From Candidatus Bathyarchaeota archaeon (GTDB taxonomy: Archaea; Thermoproteota; Bathyarchaeia; 40CM-2-53-6; RBG-13-38-9): DNA of 64,000 nucleotides. Shown in pieces: positions 20,774 through 31,300 of this stretch. A model generated the notes under the pieces. The model was not told the origin of the DNA, did not search any database, and was given only the letters and a program-made list of their open reading frames with translations. Position 1 is the first letter of the stretch. Each line of letters starts with the position of its first letter. Made by a program: the position numbers and the translations under genes. The DNA lies in assembly GCA_963807605.1 (NCBI GenBank), contig CAWECG010000004.1, positions 512,001 to 576,000 of the forward strand, given 5' to 3'.

Positions 20774-22060
20774 TTAAAGCGATCTCTCCATAGCGGCCAA
20801 TATGGCATCCAGATCTTCTTTGCCGTGTGCTGCACAGATTCCGTTATGGAAGAGGAATCCGTCGTAGGTGTATACCCCATTTTCCAGGAGGTTTCTGTGG
20901 AATTGTTGAGATCGTGCCTTGTCGGATTTTGCGGCTAATCTATAATCTACAATCTCCTTGTCGGTGAAGTAGACGCAGAATTGTCCACCTAATCCTATCA
21001 GCTGAGCCGCGAGTTTGCGATCTGCTGCAATTTCTTGAAATCGCTTGGACAGGTACGCTGTGGACTCATTCATCTTCCTCTGGATGTCCCCGTTGCGTAT
21101 CTGATCTAGAGTGGCAACGCCGGCGGCTACGCAAACCTGGCTCCCATTATAAACCCCACCGTACATGACGCTTCCCCCTGGCGCGCATACCTCCATTATC
21201 TCCTTCTTGCCGGCAACAGCACTTATCGGGTATCCATTTGCCATAGCTTTTGCGAAGGTAGCGACATCGGGAGTCACCCCGTAGTACTCTTGTCCTCCAC
21301 CAGGAGCCAGTCTGAAACCTGTTATAACCTCATCAAAGACCAGAAGAATATCGTGTTTTTCTGTTATCTCACGAAGTTGTTTCAAATATCCTTCTTTCGG
21401 CATGACCGCGCCGCTGTTGAAGACAATCGGCTCGACAATTAGGGCAGCAACTTTCCTTCTGTTTTTCTTTATGGCTTTCTCTGCAACTTCTGCATTATTG
21501 AAAGGTATTACTATCGTGTTCTCTTTGGCATTCTCAGGAATGCCTCCAGTGTCGTAGATCTTGTTGGGAGAATCTTTGGGTCCTGCCTTCCTCAAATCTG
21601 GGTGCAGACTGACTATGACGGTGTCACTCCAACCGTGATAGCCCCCCTCCATCTTGATTATTTTGTCTTTCTTGGTGTAACCTCTGACAATCGTCAAAGC
21701 ATGTGCAACTGCTTCGGTTCCGGATAACGAGAACTTAACCATCTCAGCGCAAGGAACGATCTCATGCATTCTTTCAGCTAATCTGTTACTGGTCTCGCTT
21801 TCGACGCCGCAAGTGAGACCCGATTCAAGTTCCTTTCTCACAGCGTCGGTAACAATGGGGTCTCCATGACCTAGGATTAGAGCCCCATAATTCACTACGC
21901 AGTCAATGTAAGCGTTCCCGTCTATATCGAAAAGCTTGGAACCCTGGCCTCTCTCAAATACATATGGAAATGGTTCCACGAATCTTATGTTTGAATGAAT
22001 GCCACCTGGAACGATTTTGCTCGCTCGATCGTACAGCTCTTTCGTTTTCGGCCTATCCAT
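20774..22060 (-). CDS. Class III PLP aminotransferase (GSA aminomutase-like)
   Basis: SGTEA, GGYHG, FDEVITGFR, FAKAMANG. Confidence 0.9.
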   Translation of the reverse strand: MDRPKTKELYDRASKIVPGGIHSNIRFVEPFPYVFERGQGSKLFDIDGNAYIDCVVNYGALILGHGDPIVTDAVRKELESGLTCGVESETSNRLAERMHEIVPCAEMVKFSLSGTEAVAHALTIVRGYTKKDKIIKMEGGYHGWSDTVIVSLHPDLRKAGPKDSPNKIYDTGGIPENAKENTIVIPFNNAEVAEKAIKKNRRKVAALIVEPIVFNSGAVMPKEGYLKQLREITEKHDILLVFDEVITGFRLAPGGGQEYYGVTPDVATFAKAMANGYPISAVAGKKEIMEVCAPGGSVMYGGVYNGSQVCVAAGVATLDQIRNGDIQRKMNESTAYLSKRFQEIAADRKLAAQLIGLGGQFCVYFTDKEIVDYRLAAKSDKARSQQFHRNLLENGVYTYDGFLFHNGICAAHGKEDLDAILAAMERSL

Positions 22061-22159
22061 GATAATTCACAATTTTTATGTCGTAAGAACGGCACATATT
22101 TAAGACTTGACCGTACGAAGCTCATGTCAAGCCCATCATTTCACCGAGGAGATAGGAGA

Positions 22160-22924
22160 ATGCCCGCAAACCGATTTGGTCTAGAAGGAAAGGTGGCCAT
22201 CGTTACTGGGAGCGGTCGAGGGATCGGGAAAGCCATCGCACTTGGGTTAGCGGAAGGTGGGGCTGACGTTGTGGTTTGCTCTCGCACGCAACCGCAAATA
22301 GAACGTGTGGCGCAAGAGATCCGAAGCCTAGGGCGAAAGGCCTTGCCAATAGTTGTTGATCTGACGAAAATGTCAGATTTGGAGCGACTGGTGGAGGAGA
22401 CACTAAGAAGCTTCCAGCACATCGACGTACTTGTCAACAATGCGGGTTATGCTAATCTAGCTCCGGCTGAGCAGGTGCAGGAGCGGGACTGGGATTGTGG
22501 GATGACTGTGAATGTCAAGGCTCCTTTCTTCCTTTCTCAGAAAGTTGGAAGGATAATGATCCGACAGGGAAAAGGTGGCAGTATCATAAATATCACCTCT
22601 GAGGTCGTTGAGAAAGTAGAGCTGAACGTTGGCTCTTATTGCCCCAGCAAGGCAGCTCTAAACAGTGTAACCAAGGTTCTAGCCAAAGAATGGGGCAAAC
22701 ACAAGATCAGGGTAAACTCCCTAGCCCCCTGTTTTGTTGACACGGAGCTCAATGCGCCGTTCTTCGCACAGAAGGAATGGTACAAATCAAAATTAAGTCT
22801 TGTTCCTCTGGGCCGTCATAGTGTTCCAGAGGATCTGGTAGGAGCAGCCATCTTCTTAGCCTCGGATGCTTCCAGCTATATTACAGGGACAACTCTACTG
22901 GTAGACGGAGGACTTACTGCCTAG
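22160..22924 (+). CDS. SDR oxidoreductase (gluconate 5-dehydrogenase/KduD-like)
   Basis: TGSGRGIG, NNAG, YCPSK, VDGG; ATG 22160 follows a GGAG SD. Confidence 0.88.
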   Translation: MPANRFGLEGKVAIVTGSGRGIGKAIALGLAEGGADVVVCSRTQPQIERVAQEIRSLGRKALPIVVDLTKMSDLERLVEETLRSFQHIDVLVNNAGYANLAPAEQVQERDWDCGMTVNVKAPFFLSQKVGRIMIRQGKGGSIINITSEVVEKVELNVGSYCPSKAALNSVTKVLAKEWGKHKIRVNSLAPCFVDTELNAPFFAQKEWYKSKLSLVPLGRHSVPEDLVGAAIFLASDASSYITGTTLLVDGGLTA

Positions 22925-23206
22925 CGCTCTGGTATTCTCCGGCACGGATCTCCATATTACCTGATTCGCCTAGGATTTGAGCAAGTTCATATTTTCTCCG
23001 CATCCTTTTGGCAGCCCATCCTCCCCCTCGTATTGACATATCGTTTCCAGCCAGAATCCTGAAGCAGCCAGTCTCGGCGCTACAATCTGAGCAGATTTCA
23101 GGTGGAGATTAACCTGTTTCTTTGGCTGCTTTGTTAACCTTCGATAGTATTCTCAGATTCCGGGATGAATCGAATAGAGTCCCATCTCATCGTTGAACTT
23201 AATTAG

Positions 23207-24543
23207 AGAGGATTTGAGCAAGAAACCCCACATGCTTTAGCGGTGGGATGAATTGCGTTCCAGAGCGAGACGCCAGATGTTTAAATTTTTAGGTCAACAT
23301 ATGTTTGTGAGGTGCTGTGATGCTTCTAGCCTACAAGTACCGCATCTATCCGAACAGGGACCAAGAGGAAAAACTCGCAAAGACACTCAACACCTGTCGA
23401 ATCCTCTATAACCTTATGCTTGCGGAACGCAGAGACAAATATGGAAACGACGGAAGATCACCATCTTTCTACGAGCAGAAACGAGGACTCGTAAACGCCA
23501 AAAACACCAGCCACTATCTCCAAGATGTCCACTCACAAGTCTTGCAAGACGTCGCTCTACGCATAGACAGGACTTTCAACGCTTTCTTTGATAGAGCAAG
23601 AAAGAAGAAAGAAGGCAAGTGGAATGGCAAGGTCGGATACCCCCGCTTCAAGGGACGCAACCAGTACGACAGTTTCACATACCCACAATACGGGAACGGA
23701 TGCAAGCTAACTACTGGAAAGTTGTTTCTCTCAAAGATAGGCTCGATACGAATTGTACAACACAGACCTATAGAAGGAACAGTGAAGACTTGCACCATCC
23801 GCAGAGACGTCGACAGGTGGTATGCATGCTTCCCAGCGGAGATACATGTCACAGTACTGGAGACGAGGCATCCAAAGAACCCAGTCGGCGTTGATGTCGG
23901 TCTGAAATCATTCATAACCCTGAACAATGGCGAGAAGATAGAGCCACCAAAATACCTACGGAAGATGCAAAAAAGGTTGAGGAGAGAGCAACGCCGACTA
24001 TCAAGAAAGAAGAAAGGATCGAATAATCAAGATAAACAACGCATCAAGGTGGCGAGAGTCCATCGCAAAGTGCGCTTGCAGAGAACAGACTTCAACCATA
24101 AGCTAAGCCATACGCTCGTGAATAGATTCGACCTAATAGCATTTGAACGCCTATCAATAAGAAACATGATACGAAATCATCATCTTGCCAAATCAATAGC
24201 AGACGCTTCATGGCATCAACTACAAACCTTCACCTCTTACAAAGCAGAATACGCTGGTAAGAACGTGAGATTTGCTGAATCACGTGACACAACTACAGAA
24301 TGTTCAAGATGTGGATTTCCAGTACCGAAGAACCTTTCCGAGCGGATGCACCTGTGTCCAAACTGTGAACTCATGAAGGATAGAGACTGGAATTCCGCAG
24401 TAAATATTCTGAATCGAGTAGGGTGGGACACACCCGAATCTACGCCTGCGAAGATTGAACCTATACCTCTACCGCAAAAGAGAGGAGGCAAGTTCGGTCG
24501 ATGAAACAGGAAGCCCACAGCTTTAGCCGTGGGAGGATGTCAC
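23207..24543 (+). mobile_element. IS200/IS605-family tnpB-only element T2
   Basis: Target TTAG (23203-23206); AAAC-hairpin left end; GAAG-hairpin-TCAC right end. Confidence 0.88.
23317..24504 (+). CDS. tnpB: RNA-guided endonuclease TnpB (intact D/E/D triad)
   Basis: AYKYRIYP HTH, GVDVG, FERL, DRDWNSA, zinc ribbon. Confidence 0.95.
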   Translation: MMLLAYKYRIYPNRDQEEKLAKTLNTCRILYNLMLAERRDKYGNDGRSPSFYEQKRGLVNAKNTSHYLQDVHSQVLQDVALRIDRTFNAFFDRARKKKEGKWNGKVGYPRFKGRNQYDSFTYPQYGNGCKLTTGKLFLSKIGSIRIVQHRPIEGTVKTCTIRRDVDRWYACFPAEIHVTVLETRHPKNPVGVDVGLKSFITLNNGEKIEPPKYLRKMQKRLRREQRRLSRKKKGSNNQDKQRIKVARVHRKVRLQRTDFNHKLSHTLVNRFDLIAFERLSIRNMIRNHHLAKSIADASWHQLQTFTSYKAEYAGKNVRFAESRDTTTECSRCGFPVPKNLSERMHLCPNCELMKDRDWNSAVNILNRVGWDTPESTPAKIEPIPLPQKRGGKFGR

Positions 24544-24563
24544 ATTCTTATCTACCAACGAAT
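24400..24563 (+). ncRNA. Predicted TnpB omega/reRNA of T2 with ~20-nt 3' guide from the flank (ATTCTTATCTACCAACGAAT)
   Basis: Position follows established TnpB biology (overlaps the tnpB 3' end and right end); 5' boundary is a guess. Confidence 0.5.
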
Positions 24564-25024
24564 CAATAATCTCCTCTCTTCTCTTTCCAAGAAGACGCGC
24601 GCGCCAAACTGGGGGATACAGCCTTCGGCTACCCACGAGAAAGTCAGCACAGCCATAAGAGATGACTTGTTTTTCTCCACACGCTCTGCAGTTTTGGCGC
24701 TAAGGCAAAGAACACCATTTGATAATCTCCGCAGATCAGCGAGAGCTAGGAAACACCAGAGCCCGTAACCCTCCGAGCTGTTCTGATTTGTCATCGGAAT
24801 CATATAAGGCCAGACAGGAAGAACCCTTGCTTGAGAGTGGCTTCGCTTGCGGTAACAGTTCACTTAGCTGACGGATGATCAGGCGAGGAATAAAATGTCG
24901 ACAAACGTTGAAGCCGATAAGTCAGTCATGAAGATAAATGTTCTCGTAATCTGATGGGCTTCACGCTGTCTAGCGCGCCTATGTTACGACCTTCGCCTAA
25001 TGATCGGCAGTACATCGATACTTT

Positions 25025-26122
25025 TTACATAGGGTATGGTGCCCAGAGAAATTGATGCCAAAGAACAAGGCAATGAATGTAAAAGAGGAAGAGTATTAGA
25101 ATTAATACGAGTATGTTCTTTATCTTGACATTCAACCATATTGGAAAAATAAAGGATGTATAACGAATTATACCATTAGTGTACCCGAATAGTATGATAA
25201 GCATGAACATGGCTATTGAGTAGACTGCGAGTTTCCAATCGATTTTGTAAGAGCTTATGGCGAAATATCCGATCAAGACTATGAAGGCTAAGGCGTATGC
25301 ATGGAAGTAGTGAAAGAAACTTATAGGTCTGGCCGATGTGAAAATTGGAACTATAAAGTCTCTGAACCAATAGTTGCCGAAGTTTATGCGTGAAACTTGC
25401 CATGTCGCCGTATTCAGCTCCAGAACAAGTCGATTCGCTAGGCCCTTCTGGATAAAGGAAAGCATTACTGCAAACAAAATGAATACAGGTATCGATGTAA
25501 GGAGGGCATCTTTCCATTTCCTACGGATGAGATTATCTAACAAAATGGGCAAGACTATTAGAACTCCATAGGTTTTGCTTAGTACAGCAAGTAAAGAGCA
25601 GAGACTTGAAAGGAGCGCTTTGTCTTTTAGATGGAAGTATCAGGAGGTCAATACAGCAAAGAGAAAAAGAGACTCAGAATATGCTACCGTTGTAAATAAG
25701 AAAATGTAAGGGAAGAATGACATGACAATTGTGCTTCCTAGGGCCTCACCTTTTGTCATATAACATTCAGCGATAGCTTGGAAGATCGGCAGCGAAACAA
25801 AACCAAGAATTACGGAGATCAAGAAGGCTGAAAGCCAAAAGTTGCCCGAAGCGTATCCAAAGACTCTGATTAGAAATGGGTAGCCGGGAAAGAATGTTCG
25901 ATCCAGTGAGAATGATAAACTCTGAGCCATACTAACATACCAAGACGTATCCCAAGCCATGAAAAGGTACAGCCACCGAGGCTCTATCGGGCCCCATATA
26001 TTCATCCACGGCGTTCCGAAGATGCCGTCCTGAAGCGACTTATTATATGTCCAGATGCTACCAAGAATCTTGAAGACGCCCACCAAGATGACGGGAACAG
26101 CAAAGCGCACCCTGCTTCTCAT
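25025..26122 (-). pseudogene. PIG-V-like GT-C mannosyltransferase with an in-frame TGA
   Basis: AWDTSWY, FFPGYP, AYSESLF motifs. The two ORFs share one frame, separated only by TGA 25640-25642 (LTS*YF, Trp expected). Confidence 0.75.
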
Positions 26123-26490
26123 GAGGAGTCCTGAGATGCGCGGGAGAATATGCCTATCAAAACGCAACATGGACAAGGCAGATCTCCATACCTGACCCAG
26201 CTGTACAGAGTACGTCAGCAACCAGACCAGTCCCCTCATCAGCGTAGAGCTACTTATCTCTTCCCTTAGTTGATTGAGCTGAGAATTTGTCGGTTACCTG
26301 TCTGAGTTGTAGCAACAATAGATTCAGGTTTACCCTTCATCGCCCGCGTCACGGACGCGCGTGCTATGGCAGAGTTTCAAGAACTCGATTGAATACACTC
26401 AATGTTGGGAATGTCGATATCTCAATATGACTATGGATAATAAGGCTAAATAACGCTGCCTCACCACCAATAATAATAGCCGGCTTCAGT

Positions 26491-27885
26491 TTGGTCAAAA
26501 CATTTCGGAGTGTCGGCACACAATTAGACAACGAACAGTACAACAAGCTGATCCAACTCATTATTATTATTTTCATGGCGTTCTTGCTGCGTTTTCTACT
26601 CGCTACGTCTGCGGCACTTGACTATGACGAGGCATTTACGTATGCGCCAGCGGCTCAATCATACTTGAGCGGAATTTGGACGGCAAACATTGGACACCCC
26701 ATGGTAATGAAGCTCCTCTTTGCCGGCAGCACCGTGCTTTTTGGCGCCAACGGAAAAATTGTGTTCCTGTTCCCGTGGTTACCTGAGAATATTGGCGCAA
26801 TTCGTCTCGTCTCCGTGATAATGGGCACGCTGACAGTTCTAATCGTCTACTTTCTAGCTAGAGATCTGGGCTGTACGCATACGGGTGCAATCATTCCATG
26901 CATTGTACTGGCCTTCGACCCGATCTCAATTGCAGAATCATCGTATGGTCTGTTGGACCCCGGAATGACTTTCTTCTATATGTGTTCGGTGCTCTTCTTC
27001 CTTCGATATATCAAAGGAGGGAAGACGATACATTTCTACCTAAGTGCAGTCCTGTTTGCGTTGTCAATCGCAAGTAAGTATTATGCGTTCATCGGCATTT
27101 TCGTGCTGCTAGGAATTCTGCTTTATAAGAGGAGACTTCAATCGGAATGGAAGTCAATGGCGGTTTATTTCTGGATCGTTGTGTTCGTGGTTTTTGCGGT
27201 TCAGCCTTATCTGTGGTCAAGCCCACTTGTCCATCTCTCACAGGTTTGGATATACAACAGAATCCATCTTACAGTTGGTCATCCAGTCAAGGTTCCTGGA
27301 AATCCATTCTTAATCCCCAGACAACAATTATCGGGGTTGCCTTGGCCGCACGTCGACTCAAACCCACTCTCTTCGAAACCTGACTTCTATGCGGACCCAT
27401 CGCAGGCTGTTCAAAGCCCGTGGTGGTACATGGTCTACATCCAAGCGATGTACAGCACACCATTCGAGATTCTCGTCTATCCGCTTGCCCTGTACAAGAT
27501 TGGCATATCAATCATCAAACGCCGAGTAACCGATCTGATTGCGATAGGAACACTATTGACCTCAGTCCCACTTCTTTACTTCGCTCTGCAAACCGTTAGA
27601 CTCCCTCAATACGGCATTCTCATGAGCACTTCATCCGTAATCCTGACCTCGATAGTTTTTCTTCATCTTAACAGAGGACGCCAACGGTATTTCCTAGTCT
27701 CGCTGACGTTCCTCCAGGTAATCTGGACCCTTATCTTCTTCCTGACTTCTGCTAATCGCTTCACTGGATGGGAGTTCTACTATACCCCACTTACACCGGT
27801 GCTCGCTCACCTCTTTCATTTGTTGTACACGCGGAGTGCTTCTTCTCTTCTTATGGTCTCTTTCAAAAACGCCCTAACTCTGTAG
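26491..27885 (+). CDS. GT-C glycosyltransferase (PMT/ArnT, GT39/83-like)
   Basis: YDE..Y, HP.V.K, R..S, LLDP, ASKY; multi-TM. Confidence 0.82.
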   Translation: MVKTFRSVGTQLDNEQYNKLIQLIIIIFMAFLLRFLLATSAALDYDEAFTYAPAAQSYLSGIWTANIGHPMVMKLLFAGSTVLFGANGKIVFLFPWLPENIGAIRLVSVIMGTLTVLIVYFLARDLGCTHTGAIIPCIVLAFDPISIAESSYGLLDPGMTFFYMCSVLFFLRYIKGGKTIHFYLSAVLFALSIASKYYAFIGIFVLLGILLYKRRLQSEWKSMAVYFWIVVFVVFAVQPYLWSSPLVHLSQVWIYNRIHLTVGHPVKVPGNPFLIPRQQLSGLPWPHVDSNPLSSKPDFYADPSQAVQSPWWYMVYIQAMYSTPFEILVYPLALYKIGISIIKRRVTDLIAIGTLLTSVPLLYFALQTVRLPQYGILMSTSSVILTSIVFLHLNRGRQRYFLVSLTFLQVIWTLIFFLTSANRFTGWEFYYTPLTPVLAHLFHLLYTRSASSLLMVSFKNALTL

Positions 27886-27960
27886 GCAGTACCACAGATG
27901 CCCTTAATTGGTATAGCGCGCTCGCGCTAGAGGCCTTCACATAGGCGCTAACACGATAAT

Positions 27961-28884
27961 CTATTTGAAGATCATAAACACGGGATGATTACTGGTCAGT
28001 GGCTTTATCCCGAATTCTTGCCTCATGCTGTATGAGACGTAGGCGTCCGCTAGGGCGCATGCGGGATATATTTCAGCAGCTCTTTTTGCAGGACCGTATA
28101 GTAGGAAATTGGCGCCCATCACTATTGGGGTTACGTGAGCTACTGCATTGTTGATCCTGTAAGCTAAGGGGTCTTGCTTCTTTCTGGAGACCCATCGGTC
28201 CACTGCGTTGTGGACCCCCGCTCCTGATGGGAGACCGAACTCCTTTTTCACCGTGTAGCAAGCTTTAGCGACGGGCCCCGGATCAGGAATATCAAGGACT
28301 GTTGTGTCGACCAGCATCTTCTGGACTCCGGCCTCTGACGCGACACTGATCAAGCCCTTTCTTTCTGGTGAGTCTCTGAGCGTTGATAGTTTGCCAGCGA
28401 TCGTCATGTTCCTAGAATTGTAAGTCAGTAGAATAGATGCCGTTATCTTGGCGTCCTTAATAGCATCCAGCTCTTCAGGTTTAGCCTCTGGACTTATTGA
28501 GTTGAATACTGCTCTGTCTGAGAGGCCGATCTCACCCACGTGTTTCGTAGCTGTGGCTCTGACTGCTGCAGTGGTGCCGTCTACCAAGAATGGTCCTTCA
28601 ATCTTCTCTGAAACGAAATCTATGAACTTCGCGATGGCCTTCGGCCAAGCTCCACAAACATCGACTATTCTAGGATTTCCAGTCTTCTGCGACATCTCTG
28701 CTTCGGCTCGGAGTATCTCCTCGGCCTTAACCTTGTCGAAGGTTCCTTCCTCCTCATTATTGATGATTTTGTCGCCATGGTAGAATATGCTGCCGATCAT
28801 TACTGTAGGAAGCTGACCAGGTTGTCCTCCGATCTTCACGCCACCAATGTCAAAGATCTTTTGTTCTTTTTCAAATTTGAACAT
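27961..28884 (-). CDS. mtrH: MtrH-family methyltransferase (corrinoid:H4MPT methyltransferase-like)
   Basis: MFKFEKEQK..DIGGVKIGGQPG.LPTV.IGSIFY; G.G.HNA; GANFLLYGP. No other mtr subunits adjacent. Confidence 0.88.
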   Translation of the reverse strand: MFKFEKEQKIFDIGGVKIGGQPGQLPTVMIGSIFYHGDKIINNEEEGTFDKVKAEEILRAEAEMSQKTGNPRIVDVCGAWPKAIAKFIDFVSEKIEGPFLVDGTTAAVRATATKHVGEIGLSDRAVFNSISPEAKPEELDAIKDAKITASILLTYNSRNMTIAGKLSTLRDSPERKGLISVASEAGVQKMLVDTTVLDIPDPGPVAKACYTVKKEFGLPSGAGVHNAVDRWVSRKKQDPLAYRINNAVAHVTPIVMGANFLLYGPAKRAAEIYPACALADAYVSYSMRQEFGIKPLTSNHPVFMIFK

Positions 28885-29065
28885 GTATCTCACGTTCTTT
28901 AATGCGTCGCAGCAGATTGCTCGTAAGGGGGTGTACGTTGATATACAAATCTATTAAAACTATTTGTAGCATCCGAATGCGGGGTGCTCTTCTGACCATG
29001 CGTTTTCACCTCTATAGACAGAAATAATATATCCAAAGCTGGGTTGTAGAATCTGGGTAAAGAGT

Positions 29066-29947
29066 ATGAATAATATTGACATAGTCTCAGACTTGATTCG
29101 AGACTCGATTGACGTTCACATGCATACGGCGCCAGACGTGCACCCTAGAAGTGTAGATGATGTCGAGGCAGCAATGCAGGCAAAGCAAGCGGGCATGAAG
29201 GCAATTCTGATAAAGTGTCACCACACCAACACCTCTGACAGAGCCCAGATCGCTAGCAAAGTCTCAGGCTTTCCTGTGTTTGGAGCAGTCACTTTGAATC
29301 ATGCGGTTGGAGGCCTGAATCCGGATGCTGTCTTGGCTGCGATAGAGATGGGGGCAAAAGAGGTGTGGATGCCAACGATCAATTCTGTCCCCTTCCTGAA
29401 ACGCGCTGATTCCGTGCCCGCGCTTGCAAAAGCGATCCCTGAAGGGACAAAGGGAATAAGCCTCATCGATGAGAAGGGAAGGCTGGTTCCGGAACTCTAC
29501 CGGATTATTGAGCTGGTGGCGAAACACAAAATAGCCCTTGGGACTGGTCACGTCTCACCAGAAGAGGCCAAAGTACTGGTAGACGAGGCTAGAAGGGCCG
29601 GGGTTGAGCGTATTCTTCTGACACACCCTACCATAGACTTCCTGGATTACTCTAAGGAAGCAATGAAAGAATTTGCGAAGTTGAGCGTACTTATTGAACA
29701 CGACTACGTAATCTGCACAAAGCAGGTCAGAGACTCTGTTCCGCCCAGCCGGCTGGCGGATGCAATAAAGTACGTCGGGGCTGAGAACTGCATAATGGCT
29801 ACTGATGGCGGCCAGAAGATCAACCCGCCACCGGTGGAAATGTTCAGGCAATTCATCTCAGACATGCTGGAGAATGGAATAAAGAAGGAAGAAATCAGAT
29901 TAATGATCTCTGACAACCCAGCAAGAGTTTTGGGACTGAAAACCTAA
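29066..29947 (+). CDS. DUF6282-type amidohydrolase/PHP-like metalloprotein
   Basis: IDVHMHTAPD, K.H, GGLN, WMPT, TGH, THP, TDGGQ, NPA. Confidence 0.8.
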   Translation: MNNIDIVSDLIRDSIDVHMHTAPDVHPRSVDDVEAAMQAKQAGMKAILIKCHHTNTSDRAQIASKVSGFPVFGAVTLNHAVGGLNPDAVLAAIEMGAKEVWMPTINSVPFLKRADSVPALAKAIPEGTKGISLIDEKGRLVPELYRIIELVAKHKIALGTGHVSPEEAKVLVDEARRAGVERILLTHPTIDFLDYSKEAMKEFAKLSVLIEHDYVICTKQVRDSVPPSRLADAIKYVGAENCIMATDGGQKINPPPVEMFRQFISDMLENGIKKEEIRLMISDNPARVLGLKT

Positions 29948-30000
29948 GTCGTGCATTGCTTGCCCATACTCTGAACCGTTGATTGCTAAGAGGTGGATTC

Positions 30001-31293
30001 ATGACGCAGGTATCAATTCCATATGGCGAAGACAGGCTCAAGCTTGGGGTAGAAGACAAGCATCTAGTTACAGTTGCAGCACCGAGGCAAACCCGGCCTA
30101 TTAGCGATCTCGACACGGCTGTGATGCAGGCTCTTGAGAGGCCTCTCAGAAGTCCGAGCTTCAAGAGTCTTCTTGGTCCAGACAAAAAGGTTGCGTTGCT
30201 AATAGACAACTTTGCACGGCCGACACCAGAACATTCGATTCTACCGCCAATTTTGAAGGCAATCCGAGATGCCCGGGCTGAACCTTCAATAATTGTCGCA
30301 AATGGTGGACTAAGAGCCACCACAGATGATGAGCTTGAGGTAAAGCTTGGAAAGGAGATTCTCAAAAGTGGAATTCCAGTGATCCAAAGCGTCGCGAAGC
30401 GCAAGGAGGATTTTGTGTTTCTCGGTGTTACAAGTTACGGAACACCTGTGGAGGTCAACAGAGCATTTCTCAACGCAGATGTCAGGTTAGGCATACACAC
30501 GACACAGATGACTTTGTGGGGGTATGGTGGCGGGGGCTCAATCGTCCTGCCTGGAGTCTCTTCATTCCAGACCATAGAGTGGAATCATCGCTTGGCTATC
30601 TCTCCAAGATCGATAGAGCCAGGATACGTTGGGGAAGAGAATCATATGAGAAACGATATCGAAGAGGCTGCGAAGCTCGCTCGAATTGACATAGTCCTTA
30701 ATGCGGTCCTCGATGTTGATGGCAATGTTGTCGATATGGCGGCCGGAGCCTCTCGCGAGTCACATATGGCCTCCATAGAAAAATTTGATGAAATATACTC
30801 CTACCCGGTAAACTGGTCAGACAAGGTGGATATTTCGATAAGCGGGTCCTTAAGCTGGGATAAGTACCTGGCGCATTCCTGCTGGCCCATCTCAACATTG
30901 GATCCCGTGACTAAGGATGGTGGGACAATAATCTTGGCGACGCCTAGCCCGGGAGGCTTGGCGCATTTCTCCTACATACGGGATTATCTTCCTGCCACGG
31001 AAGAGAGTTGGCGAAGACTCCTAGGCGATATCTTCAATGGTAAACAGGAGCTCTGGCATGCTATACTCTGGTACCCGATCCACTGCGTCCTCCAGAAAAA
31101 GAAGGTCATAGTCGTAACTGGAAAAGATAACGTCAAATCACTAAACGATATGGGGATCGAGTCGACAATCTCGATTGATGAAGCTTACGATCTTGCGCTT
31201 GGTAGGAGCCCGAGAGACGCCAAAGTTCTAGTCGCTCCTTACGGCAAATGGATGAAGCCAAAGCGTCTAGGGTCGAAGAACTCTTCTAGGTAG
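30001..31293 (+). CDS. LarA (nickel-pincer lactate racemase) superfamily protein
   Basis: IPYG, D..RPTP, GVTSYGTPV, GYGGG..S.LPG, GGTII. Confidence 0.82.
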   Translation: MTQVSIPYGEDRLKLGVEDKHLVTVAAPRQTRPISDLDTAVMQALERPLRSPSFKSLLGPDKKVALLIDNFARPTPEHSILPPILKAIRDARAEPSIIVANGGLRATTDDELEVKLGKEILKSGIPVIQSVAKRKEDFVFLGVTSYGTPVEVNRAFLNADVRLGIHTTQMTLWGYGGGGSIVLPGVSSFQTIEWNHRLAISPRSIEPGYVGEENHMRNDIEEAAKLARIDIVLNAVLDVDGNVVDMAAGASRESHMASIEKFDEIYSYPVNWSDKVDISISGSLSWDKYLAHSCWPISTLDPVTKDGGTIILATPSPGGLAHFSYIRDYLPATEESWRRLLGDIFNGKQELWHAILWYPIHCVLQKKKVIVVTGKDNVKSLNDMGIESTISIDEAYDLALGRSPRDAKVLVAPYGKWMKPKRLGSKNSSR

Positions 31294-31300
31294 CGTGTGC

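Larger units (their letters stand above)
22970..24700 (-). pseudogene. Degenerate gene remnant (NB-ARC/STAND winged-helix-like) interrupted by T2
   Basis: Removing T2 gives EIIDSLVDKN|LIKFNDEMGLYSIHPGI*EYY...LHLKSA; internal TGA at 23153-23155. Confidence 0.45.

Noticed and set aside
25640-25642. Selenocysteine or genetic-code reassignment of TGA
   Set aside because: The position is Trp-like, not Cys-like, and many intact genes end in TGA.
27961-28884. Methanogenesis Mtr complex
   Set aside because: Only the H subunit homolog is present; no other mtr genes in the window.
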